Assembly: GCF_001194135.2 (NCBI RefSeq)
Contig: NC_069000.1
Coordinates: forward strand, 14,404,300 to 14,468,299
Length of the DNA: 64,000 nucleotides
Direction of reading: 5' to 3'
DNA from: Octopus bimaculoides
Lineage: Eukaryota
In this document: positions 43,303 through 56,660 of the stretch, in pieces
Numbering within the stretch: the first letter of the stretch is position 1
Layout of the letters: each line of letters starts with the position of its first letter
Notes under the pieces: generated by a model
Told to the model about the DNA's origin: nothing
Databases searched by the model: none
Seen by the model: the letters and a program-made list of their open reading frames with translations, nothing else
Program-made: the position numbers and the translations under genes

Positions 43303-43468
43303 GGTGCAGCTGTGGCTGTGTGGTGAGTAGCTTGCTACCAACCACATGGTCCCGGGTTCAGTCCCACTGTGTGGCACCTTGGGCAAGTGTCTTTTACTAG
43401 AGCCTCGGGCCAACCAAAGCCTTGTAAGTGGATTTGGTAAGCGGACACTGAAAGAAGTCCGTCGTATA

Positions 43469-43504
<36 letters not shown>

Positions 43505-43710
43505 TTGTCCCCACCACCAACATCGCTTGACAACCGATGCTGGTGTGTTTACGTCCCCGTAACTTAGCGGTTCGGCAAAAAACCGATAGAATAAGGATTA
43601 GGCTTACAANNNNNNNNNNCTTGGGCAAGTGTCTTTTACTAGAGCCTCGGGCCAACCAAAGCCTTGTAAGTGGATTTGGTAAGCGGACACTGAAAGAAGT
43701 CCGTCGTATA

Positions 43711-43746
<36 letters not shown>

Positions 43747-43950
43747 TTGTCCCCACCACCAACATCGCTTGACAACCGATGCTGGTGTGTTTACGTCCCC
43801 GTAACTTAGCGGTTCGGCAAAAAACCGATAGAATAAGGATTAGGCTTACAAAGAATAAGTCATGGGATCGATTTATTCGACTTAAGGCGGTGCTCCAGCA
43901 TGGCCGCAGTCAAATTACAGAAACATGTAAAGCAAAAGAATAAAAGAATA
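43303..43950 (+). mobile_element. Family-A SINE; its central ~230 bp appears twice around a 10-N gap
   Basis: Same head, core and tail as the 48324 copy; 43378-43609 repeated from 43620. Confidence 0.75.
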
Positions 43951-45270
43951 AATATAGACGCAGGCGTGGTAAGAAGGTTGCTTCCCTACCACAAGATATT
44001 AGTCAACCCGGAGCTATAGTTGAAGACCCTTGCCCAAGGTGCCGTGCCGTGGGACCCGAAAGCAGGTAGTTGGCAAAGCGAGTTTTTTTAACCAGACAGC
44101 CATAAAGTACAACGCTGGTATTTCCTGCAGCAGACGACATTTTTGGTGGGGCAGGTGAAGCAGTCCGTGACATGGATACAAGGACCAGGACCGTCCCAAA
44201 ATGGTGATATTGTGAACGAAGTGTCAAGTGTTATTATAGCCGGGGCCAGAAGTAAGTAAAGGATCTAGGTTGTTGTGTGGATAGTGGGTGCAGCAAGAGT
44301 GCTCCAGAAGGTCTCCCTCGATTGTGTACAATAAATATTATTAATATGCTACCTCATCTCGTCAAGGGACCTGGCCTCGTGGTTAGGCTATTGTACTCAC
44401 GATCGCTAGATCGTGGGTTCGATTCCTTGATTGGGCGGCGGGTTTTGTTCTTGAGCAAAACACTTCGTTTCACGTTACTCCAGTCTCCTTTTATGGGGGG
44501 TGGGAGGTGTAGACCTACTCACCTAGCCAGCAACATCTGATAGCCTGGTCGGTCACGTGATCACGTGTGACCTCATCGCATCATATTACACAACTTCCAT
44601 CTCCTACATCTTCACCGAACGTCCTCTCATTTCCTTTGAACATCGCATCGCTGTGGATTCATTATTTACGTATTTTGTCATGCGTACACGGGTTCATATA
44701 TCCCTCGTATGAGCTCATATATCACTTAAATTTTGCCTTTTATTCTTCCCAGGCAGAAAACAATAATTATTGAGTCTATGTAACTGCTTAAAATCCATGA
44801 AACCAGAAAAAGAATATACATACAATCATACATACATGCATTTGTGCATATACACATATATGTATGATGATTACCTTATCTTCACAGATAATTGCCGTCT
44901 CTCTCAGCTTCCTCGTTTTCAATGGCATTTCTTATCTCCCGGCTATGACCTTTCAGATCTCTCTTTAGTCTCGTTGCAAATCCATATGGTTTGAAGCATA
45001 GGTGACAAACAAAAGTTGTAACTTGCTCTGGATTGATCGGATCACTTTGTAAGATATGACCTGTGTACCGCCATATATCTCTTCAAAACTCGAAATCGAT
45101 TTACAAGCCTTTACACACAATCCACCCATCCAATTACCCTGTCTAAGAGGAAGGATGTTGCATATAGTTGATCTTCCATGGGACTTACTTACATTCATAA
45201 TATATACAGGCATATATACATGCACGCACACATACATACTATACATGCATGCATGACACACACACACACA

Positions 45271-45565
45271 TGATGGCCGTCCACTGGTGACCGAGGAGGA
45301 CCATTGCTGGCCTTTAGGAACATTGTGCGTTCTAGGACTAACTTATATTTTGCATTTGCGGCTCCGTTGGTGGCTAATGAGCCCTGTTCTGGACAAGCAT
45401 ACACGACTGCAAACATTGCAAACCAAGCTTTCCCCATTCATTACGCTAGCAGTGCACTTTCGAGCAGCACGCTTAAATTCTTCATGAAGAATACGTGCTT
45501 TTTCAAAGGTGTCGGCCCCCTCCTTAAATATCACAGGCCTCTAATGAGGACTTGATACAGTCCTT
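45271..45565 (-). mobile_element. 5'-truncated RTE-clade LINE (3' end of ORF2)
   Basis: ORF 45343-45534(-) ends in the RTE-type C-terminal knuckle CNVCSRVCLSRTGLISHQRSRKC, followed by a short UTR and (TG)n tail. Confidence 0.75.
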
Positions 45566-46539
45566 AAATACACACACACACACACACACATAATACATAC
45601 ATACATTATATGCAAACACATACATATGCAAAGTATCTGGACCATACACGTGTTCTACTCTTTATTTCTATATGCCTAAGTTTCTCATCCTACTGGAGAC
45701 AAAGTAGGACAACTGCTGCGCTGATGACGTCTAATGATACAGAAAAATCATCAGCAGTCTTGTCTCCTCCGTTCATTTAGTTTGCCTTTTTTCTTAATGG
45801 TGTGCAAAGTTTCAAGAATTCTTGATCCTATCTCTCCTACTCACTTTGATTTGGCATCCATTTCCACCAAGGGAATGTTCTACCCTCTCTCGAAGCAAAG
45901 ATGTCATTTTTGCAGTTCAAATACTTACCACCGGCTACTCCGAGTTGTTTCTCTTAGCTCAATGGTTCTCAAACATTTTTTTACCCGGTGACCCCTATGA
46001 TTCCTATTTTACTCAGGTGGACCCTCATAGCTATTTGATGTTTAAAAAAAACCTGTTATATTTTTAATATCAAATACTATTAAATATTATCAAAGGCGGC
46101 GAGCTGGCAGAATCGTTAGCACGCCGGACGAAATGCTTAGTGGTAGGTATTTCGTTCGTCTTTACGATGAAATAAGTACTAGTTGAGCACTGAGGTCGAT
46201 ATAATCGACCCATTCGCCCTCATGAAATTGCTGGCATTGTGCCAAAATTTGAAACTAATATTATTAGAATTTGCATAAAAGATAAAACGATAGATAGATA
46301 CCTAACTAGGCAGATTGATCATTAGTTTCGACACAAAAGCCAACAATAACATTCTGAATAGTTATATATCGTAACCAGGATTATATAGGTTGACCACCCA
46401 CCCACACACACACACACCCACACCCACACACACACACACACACACGTTGTTTTAAGCCTCCACTTCAAGTTTGGTAGCTTTCCTACACTTCATATTTTCC
46501 TTGTTGCAGAAGGTACCCTTGGGAAATTGTTCAACGCTA

Positions 46540-46840
46540 TTACAGTTATGTATGTGTATGCATAAATGTAAGAATGTATGTGTGTACGTATGTATGCATT
46601 ATGTCGGTGTGCATGTATGCATGTGTGTTTGAGTATGCATGTATGTATCTATTTGTATATCTATATATGTATATGTGTATTTATGTGTGTGCATGTATGT
46701 GTATCTATGAATGGATGTGTGTGCACGTATGCATGACAGTATGCACGAACGTATTTCGTATGTATGCACGTTGGTAGAAATGTATGTATGCATACACGTG
46801 TGCATGAATATGTGTGCGAATGTGCTTGCCTGTGTGCAGC
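46540..46840. repeat. Degenerate (TATG)/(TG)n simple repeat
   Basis: Seen directly. Confidence 0.85.
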
Positions 46841-48323
46841 GATCTATTTACTGTAGCCATGTCATAAGATATTGACGAAACAGTAAACGTCATCTTCGTT
46901 GCGTAAAAGTGGGTCAGCTTTAAATAAATTGCTATGAAGCCAAGCTTTGCAGACGATGTCGTCGGCTGCTAACGACAGACTTTAGTTATGCCAAATCATT
47001 TGTGCTCTTCTGCCAAAGTGGATGGCTCCGATCAACGGACATTTAACAATTAAATATTAATTGTGAAGCCAACTAAGTATAATTATTATAATTAGCAAAT
47101 TAGCAATGACAGTTGAATAGAAAGTATGCTGGGACGTGAAGTAGTGTCAAACAGCCGAATGTTTTGTAAATTCAAGCCAAACTTCTGGTTGATTATTGGC
47201 AGAAATATGCTTTAAAATTATGTGACTGGGAAAGAAAAAAACCATTGTTTACAATAGACTACAATACTCAAAACTTCCGCAGTATTAGTATTTTTAGTAT
47301 TATAGGTGGAAAGCAAAACAACAACAGATAAGTTATATTCATTTGAAATGATTTTGCTAGGTGAAGGACAAAGGAATAAAGCAGAAATGAGTAAACCGTT
47401 TTCGAGAAGCAAACTGCATGAGACATTGCCGTATCCCACCACACACACACAAAAAATATGGTAATTATTCGTTAGATGTGCCATTCAGGAAGAACTCATA
47501 GTAAAAGTGATAAGAACACCCACAGCAAGTTAAACTATTTGATCTCACCTTCTCGTGACATCAAGTGGTTGTTAGGAATAAAATACAGATAAAGACATTC
47601 AAACACACGCACGCAAGACAAATAAGATTGCTCACGTATAGCTCTCTATTGTTAAGGGGACTTTGTTGTTTGCAGTGCAGAGCTCAAGTTCCTGTAGCCA
47701 AACCTATCTAGCAGAGACCTTGTTTTCTCATCATCACATGATATTTCATTATTATTATGCTCCATATACAACGCTTCATAACTTGACGTGACTGTTTATC
47801 AGGTGACCAATTGTTAAAATAACAGCATAAGCTTAACCAGGCAAACATCCGTTTATACTTAGCAAGCATTGTTTCGAGTCCACGAACTGTTTTTAAAGAT
47901 ACTGTGAAATTTATTAGGCATATTATTCCTGTTTGTGTAACTCATGAATATCTAGGATATGACTTTCAGTGACGAAACATTGATTGAATCGTGCAAATTT
48001 TTATCTCACCAGACATCGTACTGTTATGTAGAGTAACAGTATGTTTGCCGTTTGGAATTCCCACTTAGCACGTTTTGTTTCCTCTTGTGGCCGTTAACTT
48101 GAAACTATTTTAAGAGGGGTAATAACTGTGTCAATGATACTTATGTGAGAGGGTTTGTGATGGCTATATAGGTACAACTACTTCATGTAAATCAGGGGTT
48201 ATTAACTTTTGTAGCTAGAAAGAACAAAGACAAAAAAAGGGAAGGAAAAATTGAAAGCAATAATTATTTTAATCAAACAAAAGCTAAAATTATGTAAATA
48301 AAATTATAAACTTTCACCATATA

Positions 48324-48724
48324 GGCGCAGGAGTGGCTGTGTGGTAAGTAGCTTGCTTATCAACCACATGGTTCCGGATTCAGTCCCACTGCGTGGCACC
48401 TTGGGCAAGTGTCTTCTACTATAGCCTCGGGCCGACCAAAGCCTTGTGAGTGGATTTGGTAGACGGAAACGGAAAGAAGCCCGTCATATATATGTATGTA
48501 TATATATGTATATGTTTGTGTGTGTGTGTTTGTCCCCCTAGCATTGCCTGACAACCGATGCTGGTGTGTTTATGTCTCCGTCACTTAGCGGTTCGGCAAA
48601 AGAAACCGATAAAATAAGTACTAGGCTTACAAAGAATAAGTCTCGGGGTCGATTTGCTCGACTAAAGGCGGTGCTCCAACATGGCCGCAGTCAAATGACA
48701 AACAAATAAAAGAGTAAAAGAGTA
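48324..48724 (+). mobile_element. tRNA-derived SINE, family A, full-length (CORE-like CCTTGGGCAAG segment, internal (TA)n(TG)n, (AAAAGAGT)n tail)
   Basis: A box GTGGCTGTGTGGTAAG, B box GATTCAGTCCC; homologous copies near 715-850, 5520-5835, 7060-7205, 23905-24262, 28610-28905, 38215-38705, 39320-39560, 40280-40545, 41535-41700, 43303-43950, 59450-59790. CORE assignment is from recall of octopus OR-type SINEs. Confidence 0.8.
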
Positions 48725-49551
48725 TATATTAATTTCAAATTTTGGCACAAGGCCAGCAACTTTAGGCGAGAGGGTAAGTCAATTACATCGACCCCAGTAC
48801 CGGACTGGTACTTATTTTATTGACTCCGAAAGGATGATAGGCAAAGTCGACCTTAGCGGAATTTGAACTTAAAACGTAAAGACAGACGAAATGCTACTAA
48901 GCATTTCACCGAATATTGACTCACCGAATATTAACAGATAATAGTCTAATGTTAGGGCATAATAAACCCCCCATAATGGACTGATGCCCATTTTTTCCAT
49001 TAGTGGGGTTTATAAGCCCTAATATTAGACTATTTTCTATAGTCAGTATACGGTGAAAGTTTATAATTCTATATACAAAATCTTCACTTGCCACCGTTTC
49101 CTAATTCATGCATAACTCACCCATGTTTAAACAACCTAATCTTGTGCAGTGATTTATCCAGTAGCATAGCTAAGGGGAAAGGGCATCGGCACCTTAATGA
49201 CTTCTGTATAAGCCTGTAGGTTGACTCACACTTGGCTACATCACTGGATTTATTAGTCATAAATAGTTATGCTATCCTTTGTACAATGTGCTTCTTTTTA
49301 GATATTTGCATAAACTAGTGTCTCCTATGTTACATTTTAATAGAAATTAATAAAGAAAGAGAGGATTTGATTTATGTAAAGGAAGTATATTGGACCTCGG
49401 TGCATCATCGGTCAGGTTCCTGTACACTGATAAGAATGTCCTATTCATGTTTTAATCCCGTCAAAGATAAATATTGAAAATATGTTTAAAATATAAGTAC
49501 TGGACCTGGTATAAATATTTTATTTTTAAGAAAAATTACCACCCTCTAAAT

Positions 49552-49824
49552 CAGGGGTTCTCAACGGGGGTCCATCTGACCCTTGAGGATCCATATAAGA
49601 TCTTGCCCTTTAAAGCAATAATTTTTATGTAGAGCAGCAGTAATGTTAGCTGTTTGGAATTCTCACTTAACACGTTTTAACAATTTTTTCTTATTCGATT
49701 GCTAATTATATTTTATTATAAAAATATAAGAGGATTTTAAAAAACTTCGAATGACCATACGGGTCCATCCGAGTAAAATAGGAAACAAAAGGATCCACAG
49801 ACAAAAAATTGTTGAGAACCATTG
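49552..49824. mobile_element. hAT/Charlie-like MITE, inverted relative to the 33815 copy
   Basis: CAGGGGTTCTCAAC...GTTGAGAACCATTG. Confidence 0.6.
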
Positions 49825-50147
49825 GTCAGTGACCTATATTTCGTCCTTGATATTTGTGCTTTCAAGGCACGAAAATCAAGTCGTTCTTACTTCGACTTGC
49901 AATCGGGTACCGCCGGCAGATTGTTAAATTGTTAATACGTGTTGCCACGATCTCTCTTCGCTACCTTTAGCTTCTATCGCTGATAGCATAAAAAAAGAGG
50001 GAAACTTTTCTTCTCACTCGCCGACGTGACGTCATCTCCCCTCTCCCCTTCTGGTCTTCCTTCCACCACAATATTGCTGCTCTTTTGTAATCTCAAAACG
50101 TTCCCAAGGGGTCGCTACGATCCAAGTTAAGAACCAAATTAAGAACT

Positions 50148-50181
<34 letters not shown>

Positions 50182-52831
50182 TAAAGATGACCAGTAAAGT
50201 GGACATTTAATGTGCTAGAAATAGACCACATTAAATGTCCACTTTACTGGTCATCTTTATATATATAAAAATATATTTTAATCTCCTAAGATCTCAGATA
50301 TTTTTTCTGAATCTCTCGGATTCTTTCAATGTAATAAATCGATATTAATTAATATCTGATTTTTACCCTATGTTTTAATTTGATCATATATATACGTATG
50401 TAGTGGTTCATGCAGGCATAGCATGGATTCGATCCTCGATCACCAAATTTCACTTAACAGTTCAACAGTACTTTTCTCATGATAAAACAATAGTTTTTCT
50501 TTGAGTGACAGCAGTTACATTTACCAGATGCCTTCGCTAAGCAGAATAATGTCTTTTCCACTTGACCCTTCTAACCTTTGCTAGGCCATAACAGACCCCC
50601 AACGAAATCTATTGTTCTGAACAATATGTCTACCATTCTGGTTGGTTTTGCAGGCAACCACTTGAGACCAAACGGCCAGAGGGAGAAAGAAGGTTACAAT
50701 TAGCCAACTATGAGACATCTTCCCTCGACTCTATGACTTTCACTAGCTCAATTTCTTTTCTCTTACAACATCATTCTATCACTATCTATGGTTTACTACT
50801 ACAATAAGAACGTGTACACACACACAGGCCGAAATTAACTTTCTTAACCTCGCTTGCTCTTTCAATTATATCACACCTGCCCATCGAGGCATGGCATTAT
50901 ATTAAGTAACGGTAAATAAATATTCCTTTACAACTTCGATCACTGTTCTTCTTTCATCTTGCACATCTGCAACAGCAACAACCGCTACACTGGTGGCCAC
51001 TGATTCCACCTTCACCATTACATATATATATATATATATATATAATATTATGCATTTAAATATAACTTTACTATTCATAATACTTGTCCTCATTTAAAAA
51101 AAAAAAATTATTTGAAATGAACAATGCTTCACAGATATTATAATCTAAAACCTTGAAAAGTAATACAAGGTTAGATCTGAGGTTAGGCATATATTTATGT
51201 TATTTTGTATCATTGAACTTATGAACCTGTTTAATGTCTACTTGTGGTTATTTTCCATACTCATTGGTATGAATTTTAACGTATTGCATTTCAACATATA
51301 TTTACGTTAATAAATGGTGACCATAGGCTCATTCGCGAGCAGAGGTGCTCCATCAACAGATGATAAGCACTATTGAATTAACGAAAGGAGGCAAAATAAG
51401 AATTTCGTTGTTCTTTCTTTTAGAAGAATTCTTTTATTCTTCTATTTGTTTCAGAAAATTAGGTCGCAATATTTAACCAGTCGAATCAGAAAATTAAGAT
51501 AATTACCTTTAGCTATGTAAAGTGGAGGTGCGTGACTTAGTGGTTAAGGTGCTGAACTCATGATCGTAAGATTGCGGTTTCGATTCCTGGACCGTGCGAT
51601 GAGTTGCGTTCTTGGGCAACAATTCCTTTCACGTTGCTCCAGTCCACTCAGCATTCAAAAATGAGAATTCTTGTGATGGACTAGTTTCCTGTCTGGGACG
51701 GGGAAGAATATACTCCAGAGAATCTGGGGAAAGTGGCTCTATGAATCTATACGACCCGGGAAGGAGCTATACCCTTTGACTACATAACTTACATAACGTA
51801 AATGTATCGTTGAAAAGCCAGAAGTTGCAGTTTTGACTTCCTGAAATTGCTATTTCGTTTCGCCTAGCTCTGAAATATATTGTATTAAAACAATACAATA
51901 CGATTATAACAGAATTGTCCTCGAACGAAAACTGCGGCTTCTGGCATTTCATTGAGACGTTAAGTATGTTATATAAAGATTTTACTCTAGAGCTGCTTCT
52001 ATAGCATAATTTCAATATATATTTATGTAGGCAAACACAAACACACACACACAATTTCCAGGATTCGAGAGATTCAGGTATTTAAGTTGTGAAAGCAATA
52101 AGGTCAGGTCGGTGATAGCGCTATCGTATACAAACGATGAATAACGACTGATACGTACTCTCCAAAGTAAACACGGATTTGTTCTCCAGTTACGCATGCA
52201 TTTACAAATGGCTGACTGAATACACAGTGAGTCTCTCTCTGATCGAGTTTGGGCCGGAAGACTCATCTGGTTCTATGTACTTGTTTTTGAGAAGTTTTGA
52301 TTGTTAATTCTTACTTATATTCACCTGATGAAAACGTTTTTTTTTTTTGTTGCAGCTGTGGTGAACCACAATGTATCTGAGGCTACAGTAGAAGACACTT
52401 GTCCAAGGTGCCAGGCAGTGGAACTGAACCTGGAACCATGTAGTTGGTAAGCAAGCTACTTACTAGACAGCCATTCCTGCGCCGATGGTAACAATAATTT
52501 ATATATAAAAATTTATGTGTGTGTGCGAAGGTGCATGGCTCACTGGGTAGAGCTTCGGGCTCACAATCATGAGGTAGTGAGTTCGATTCTAGGAGCAGGT
52601 TGTAAGTTGTGTCCTTGAGCAAGACACTTTATTTTACGTTGTTCCATTTCACTCAGTTGTAGAAATGAGTTGCAACGCTTAGCTGTATCAGCCTTTGCTT
52701 TCTCTTGGATAACATTGGTGCCGTGGAGTGGGGAGGCTGGTATGCCTGGGCGACTGCTGGTCTTCCACAAACAACCTTGCCCGGACTTGAACCTTGGAGG
52801 AGAACTTTCCTGATCGAAGGGGTTCCTTTAT

Positions 52832-52864
<33 letters not shown>

Positions 52865-53309
52865 NNNNNNNNNNNNNNNNNNNNNNNNNNNNNNNNNNNN
52901 NNNNNNNNNNNNNNNNNNNNNNNNNNNNNNNNNNNNNNNNNNNNNNNNNNNNNNNNNNNNNNNNNNNNNNNNNNNNNNNNNNNNNNNNNNNNNNNNNNNN
53001 NNNNNNNNNNNNNNNNNNNNNNNNNNNNNNNNNNNNNNNNNNNNNNNNNNNNNNNNNNNNNNNNNNNNNNNNNNNNNNNNNNNNNNNNNNNNNNNNNNNN
53101 NNNNNNNNNNNNNNNNNNNNNNNNNNNNNNNNNNNNNNNNNNNNNNNNNNNNNNNNNNNNNNNNNNNNNNNNNNNNNNNNNNCGGTAAAAGAGAACGATA
53201 AAATAAGTACCAGGCTTTAAAATGTACTGAGATCCATTCGCTCGACTAAAATGCTTTAAGGCGATGCCCCAGCATGACCGTAGTCTAATGACTGAACTAA
53301 GTAAAAGAT

Positions 53310-53348
<39 letters not shown>

Positions 53349-53725
53349 AATGTTTTTGGCTCTTAACGATTACATGTTTATCAGGAATAGCGAGAACTAC
53401 AGTTGATAAGATCGAGGCAAAATGCTTGAAAAAAATAAATAAATAAAATAAATAAATAAATTCCCAAATAGTCTAGGCGTAATCATTTGTTAGGTCTTTG
53501 AATTTGATAGACTTTCAAGCCAGTTGAATTAGCTTTCAGAAAATGTCAAAACATACGGAAATGTAGTTATACGATATATATCAAGTGCTCGTGTCACAAG
53601 ATGCTGAATTCATGTGATGTTCGGTCGACAATTCAATTCATATAGGGAACGTCGAGTAGAACAAAGGGTGTATGTAAAATGCGCGCGTGTTTGTGTGTGT
53701 GCGTGTGTGGGGGATGTATGTATGG

Positions 53726-53765
<40 letters not shown>

Positions 53766-55074
53766 TTATATGTACGTACATATATCTGTGTCTATTTGTC
53801 TTTCTGTCTATCAGTCTGTATATACATATGTATGTATGCATGTATATATATATANNNNNNNNNNNNNNNNNNNNNNNNNNNNNNNNNNNNNNNNNNNNNN
53901 NNNNNNNNNNNNNNNNNNNNNNNNNNNNNNNNNNNNNNNNNNNNNNNNNNNNNNNNNNNNNNNNNNNNNNNNNNNNNNNNNNNNNNNNNNNNNNNNNNNN
54001 NNNNNNNNNNNNNNNNNNNNNNNNNNNNNNNNNNNNNNNNNNNNNNNNNNNNNNNNNNNNNNNNNNNNNNNNNNNNNNNNNNNNNNNNNNNNNNNNNNNN
54101 NNNNNNNNNNNNNNNNNNNNNNNNNNNNNNNNNNNNNNNNNNNNNNNNNNNNNNNNNNNNNNNNNNNNNNNNNNNNNNNNNNNNNNNNNNNNNNNNNNNN
54201 NNNNNNNNNNNNNNNNNNNNNNNNNNNNNNNNNNNNNNNNNNNNNNNNNNNNNNNNNNNNNNNNNNNNNNNNNNNNNNNNNNNNNNNNNNNNNNNNNNNN
54301 NNNNNNNNNNNNNNNNNNNNNNNNNNNNNNNNNNNNNNNNNNNNNNNNNNNNNNNNNNNNNNNNNNNNNNNNNNNNNNNNNNNNNNNNNNNNNNNNNNNN
54401 NNNNNNNNNNNNNNNNNNNNNNNNNNNNNNNNNNNNNNNNNNNNNNNNNNNNNNNNNNNNNNNNNNNNNNNNNNNNNNNNNNNNNNNNNNNNNNNNNNNN
54501 NNNNNNNNNNNNNNNNNNNNNNNNNNNNNNNNNNNNNNNNNNNNNNNNNNNNNNNNNNNNNNNNNNNNNNNNNNNNNNNNNNNNNNNNNNNNNNNNNNNN
54601 NNNNNNNNNNNNNNNNNNNNNNNNNNNNNNNNNNNNNNNNNNNNNNNNNNNNNNNCTCTCTACTCTCATCTTCCTTTTCAAGTGGAACTTGAAAAAGTTG
54701 ACGAGGCCTTGGCCAAAGAGGAAAGTGTCTGACTTTAGCCCTTTCAAACGGGTCCACCATATCACCTCTTTCGCTACAGCCACTAGGCATAGGAAAATTG
54801 CCTTGCCCTCCCGGTTAAAGGAGGTCTGCCCGGGTGCAGTACCAGGCAATGGCTCTCATGGCTTCTGATCTTAATTGATTGGAAGTGTTATCATGTACAT
54901 TGTTTTGTCTTGGTATAAAAGATTGGCTACAGCAAATATTCTGCTCAATACCACAGATTTGCTTGTCAGTTGTTTGACCTTAACCAGTTGAGCATGTCCT
55001 TTGGTGGCTGACGATATGTGTAACGAAATATAAAAAAACAAACGAAAGAACTGACTAGACATTGAACATAATAA

Positions 55075-55480
55075 CGGTTTTAAATTTTGGCAAAAGGCCA
55101 GCAATTTTAGGGGAAGGGTCATATCGATATCACTGACCCCAGTGCTCGTCTAGTACTTATTTTATCGACTCCGAAATGATGAAACGCAAAGTTGAACTCG
55201 GCGGCATTTGAACTCAGAACGTAAAGACAGACTTAGTACCGCTAAACATTTTTCCCGATCTGATAAAAAAAAAAAAATAAAAAAATCAAATATAATAATC
55301 CTTTTTACAATAGGAACAAAACCTGAAATTTAGGAGATGGGGCTAGTCAATTACATCGACCCCAGTTCTCGTCAGGTACTTATTTCGTCAACCCTGAAAG
55401 GATGAAAGGCAAAGTCGACCTCGGTCTCATTTCAACCCGGAACGTAAAGACAGATGAAATACTCAAAGCATTTTTCCCGA
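55075..55480 (-). mobile_element. Two tandem family-B SINEs, minus strand (similar pairs or copies near 35820-36180, 40060-40235, 42471-42735, 48735-48910)
   Basis: ATTTGAACTCAGAACGTAAAGACAGAC / CTGCCAGCTCGCCGCC motifs. Confidence 0.7.
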
Positions 55481-55860
55481 CCAGCTAAAAAAATTAAATA
55501 TGATTATATTACTCAATAATTAGTGTTGTTTTTTCCTCACACTCATAATTATTTCTAATTAACATAATACGCACTGCACTGTAGGCACAGTTTGACCGAA
55601 TGGTTAAACAGTTAGCTTCGCAACTACGAGGTTTCACGTTTGATCTCTCTGCATGGCATGTCATTTTCTGTAACCTTGGGTTGACCCTACTTTGGGACGG
55701 AAAACTAACGAAGCGTGCCGGATGCATTGCACACGTAATTCAAAACGTACGACCTTGTTACACATTGTTGTGCTTGATTCTGTCTGAGAATTAGATCAAA
55801 GATTCACGTGTTTGGAGAATGCTCAACCACTTACACATTATTTCAATGCATTATTACAAT

Positions 55861-56660
55861 GCGCAATTGGCGAGCTGGCAGAAGCGTTAGCACAGCGGGC
55901 AAAATGCTTAGCAGTATTTCGTTCGTCCTTACGTTCTGAGTTCAAATTCCGCTGAGGTCGACTTTGTCATACTTCCTTTTCGGAATGGATAACGTAAGTG
56001 CCAGTAGAGCACTGAGGAGGATTCAATCAAAATTATTGCTGTCTAGTACAAAAACAAGAAAAAAATTAAAGCGTCGAGCTGGCAGAGACAAAATATTTAG
56101 CAACATTTCGTCCGTTTTTATGTTCTGAATTCAAATTCTGCCTAGATTGACATTGCCATTCATCCTGTTAGGATCGATAAAGTACCAGTTGAGTATTGGG
56201 GAGGATTTAATCGACTTTACCACCTCTCAAAATTACTGTTTTGTGCCAAAAGAAGATAGGGTTTAGGGAGCAAGCTGGTTGAATCGTTAGCACTCCGGAT
56301 AAAATGTTTAGCGACATTTCTCCCGTCTTTACGTTCTGAGATCAAATTCTGCATAGATTGACATTGCCTTTCATCCTGTCAGGATCGATAAAGTACTAGC
56401 TGAATACTGGAGAGGATTCAATCGACTTTCTCACCTCTCAAAATAACTACCTTGTGCCAAAAGAAGAAAAGCTTTTGGAAGCGATCTGGTAGAATCGTTA
56501 ACGTCAGATAAAATGCTTAATAGTATTTCATCTCTCGTACGTTCTGAGCTCAAATTTCGCCGAGGTCGACTGTGTCTTTCATTCTTTTCGGGATCAATGA
56601 AATAAGTACCAGTTGATCACTGAGGTCGATGTAATGGACTAGTCCCTTCCCCAAAAATAA
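55861..56660 (+). repeat. Head-to-tail array of four family-B SINE units (~190-210 bp period)
   Basis: Repeated GAGCTGG..GAATCGTTAG..GTTCTGAGTTCAAATTC..GTACCAGTT units. Confidence 0.75.

Noticed and set aside
43378-43849. Direct duplication of ~230 bp of a SINE
   Set aside because: The copies look identical and are separated by a 10-N placeholder; most likely an unmerged contig overlap
46866-46896. AAGAT-ATTGACGA-AACAGT-AAACGTC-ATCTT, hammerhead-like
   Set aside because: Stem I and ACGTC are present, but G12 and a real stem II are missing; cannot be separated from chance
48324-48400. tRNA-like sequences at the heads of many repeats
   Set aside because: They continue into SINE bodies and lack a full cloverleaf, so they are not tRNA genes
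50902-51093. Minus-strand ORF MVKVESVATSVAVVAVADVQDERR...
   Set aside because: Low-complexity, next to (TA)n, no homology recognised and no splice partner found
52321-52340. CTGATGAAAACGTT
   Set aside because: Core-like heptamer with no stem II; insufficient
54657-55020. ORF fragment next to a gap (…KWNLKKLTRPWPKRKV…)
   Set aside because: Probably the 3' part of a retroelement, but I could not identify a diagnostic motif
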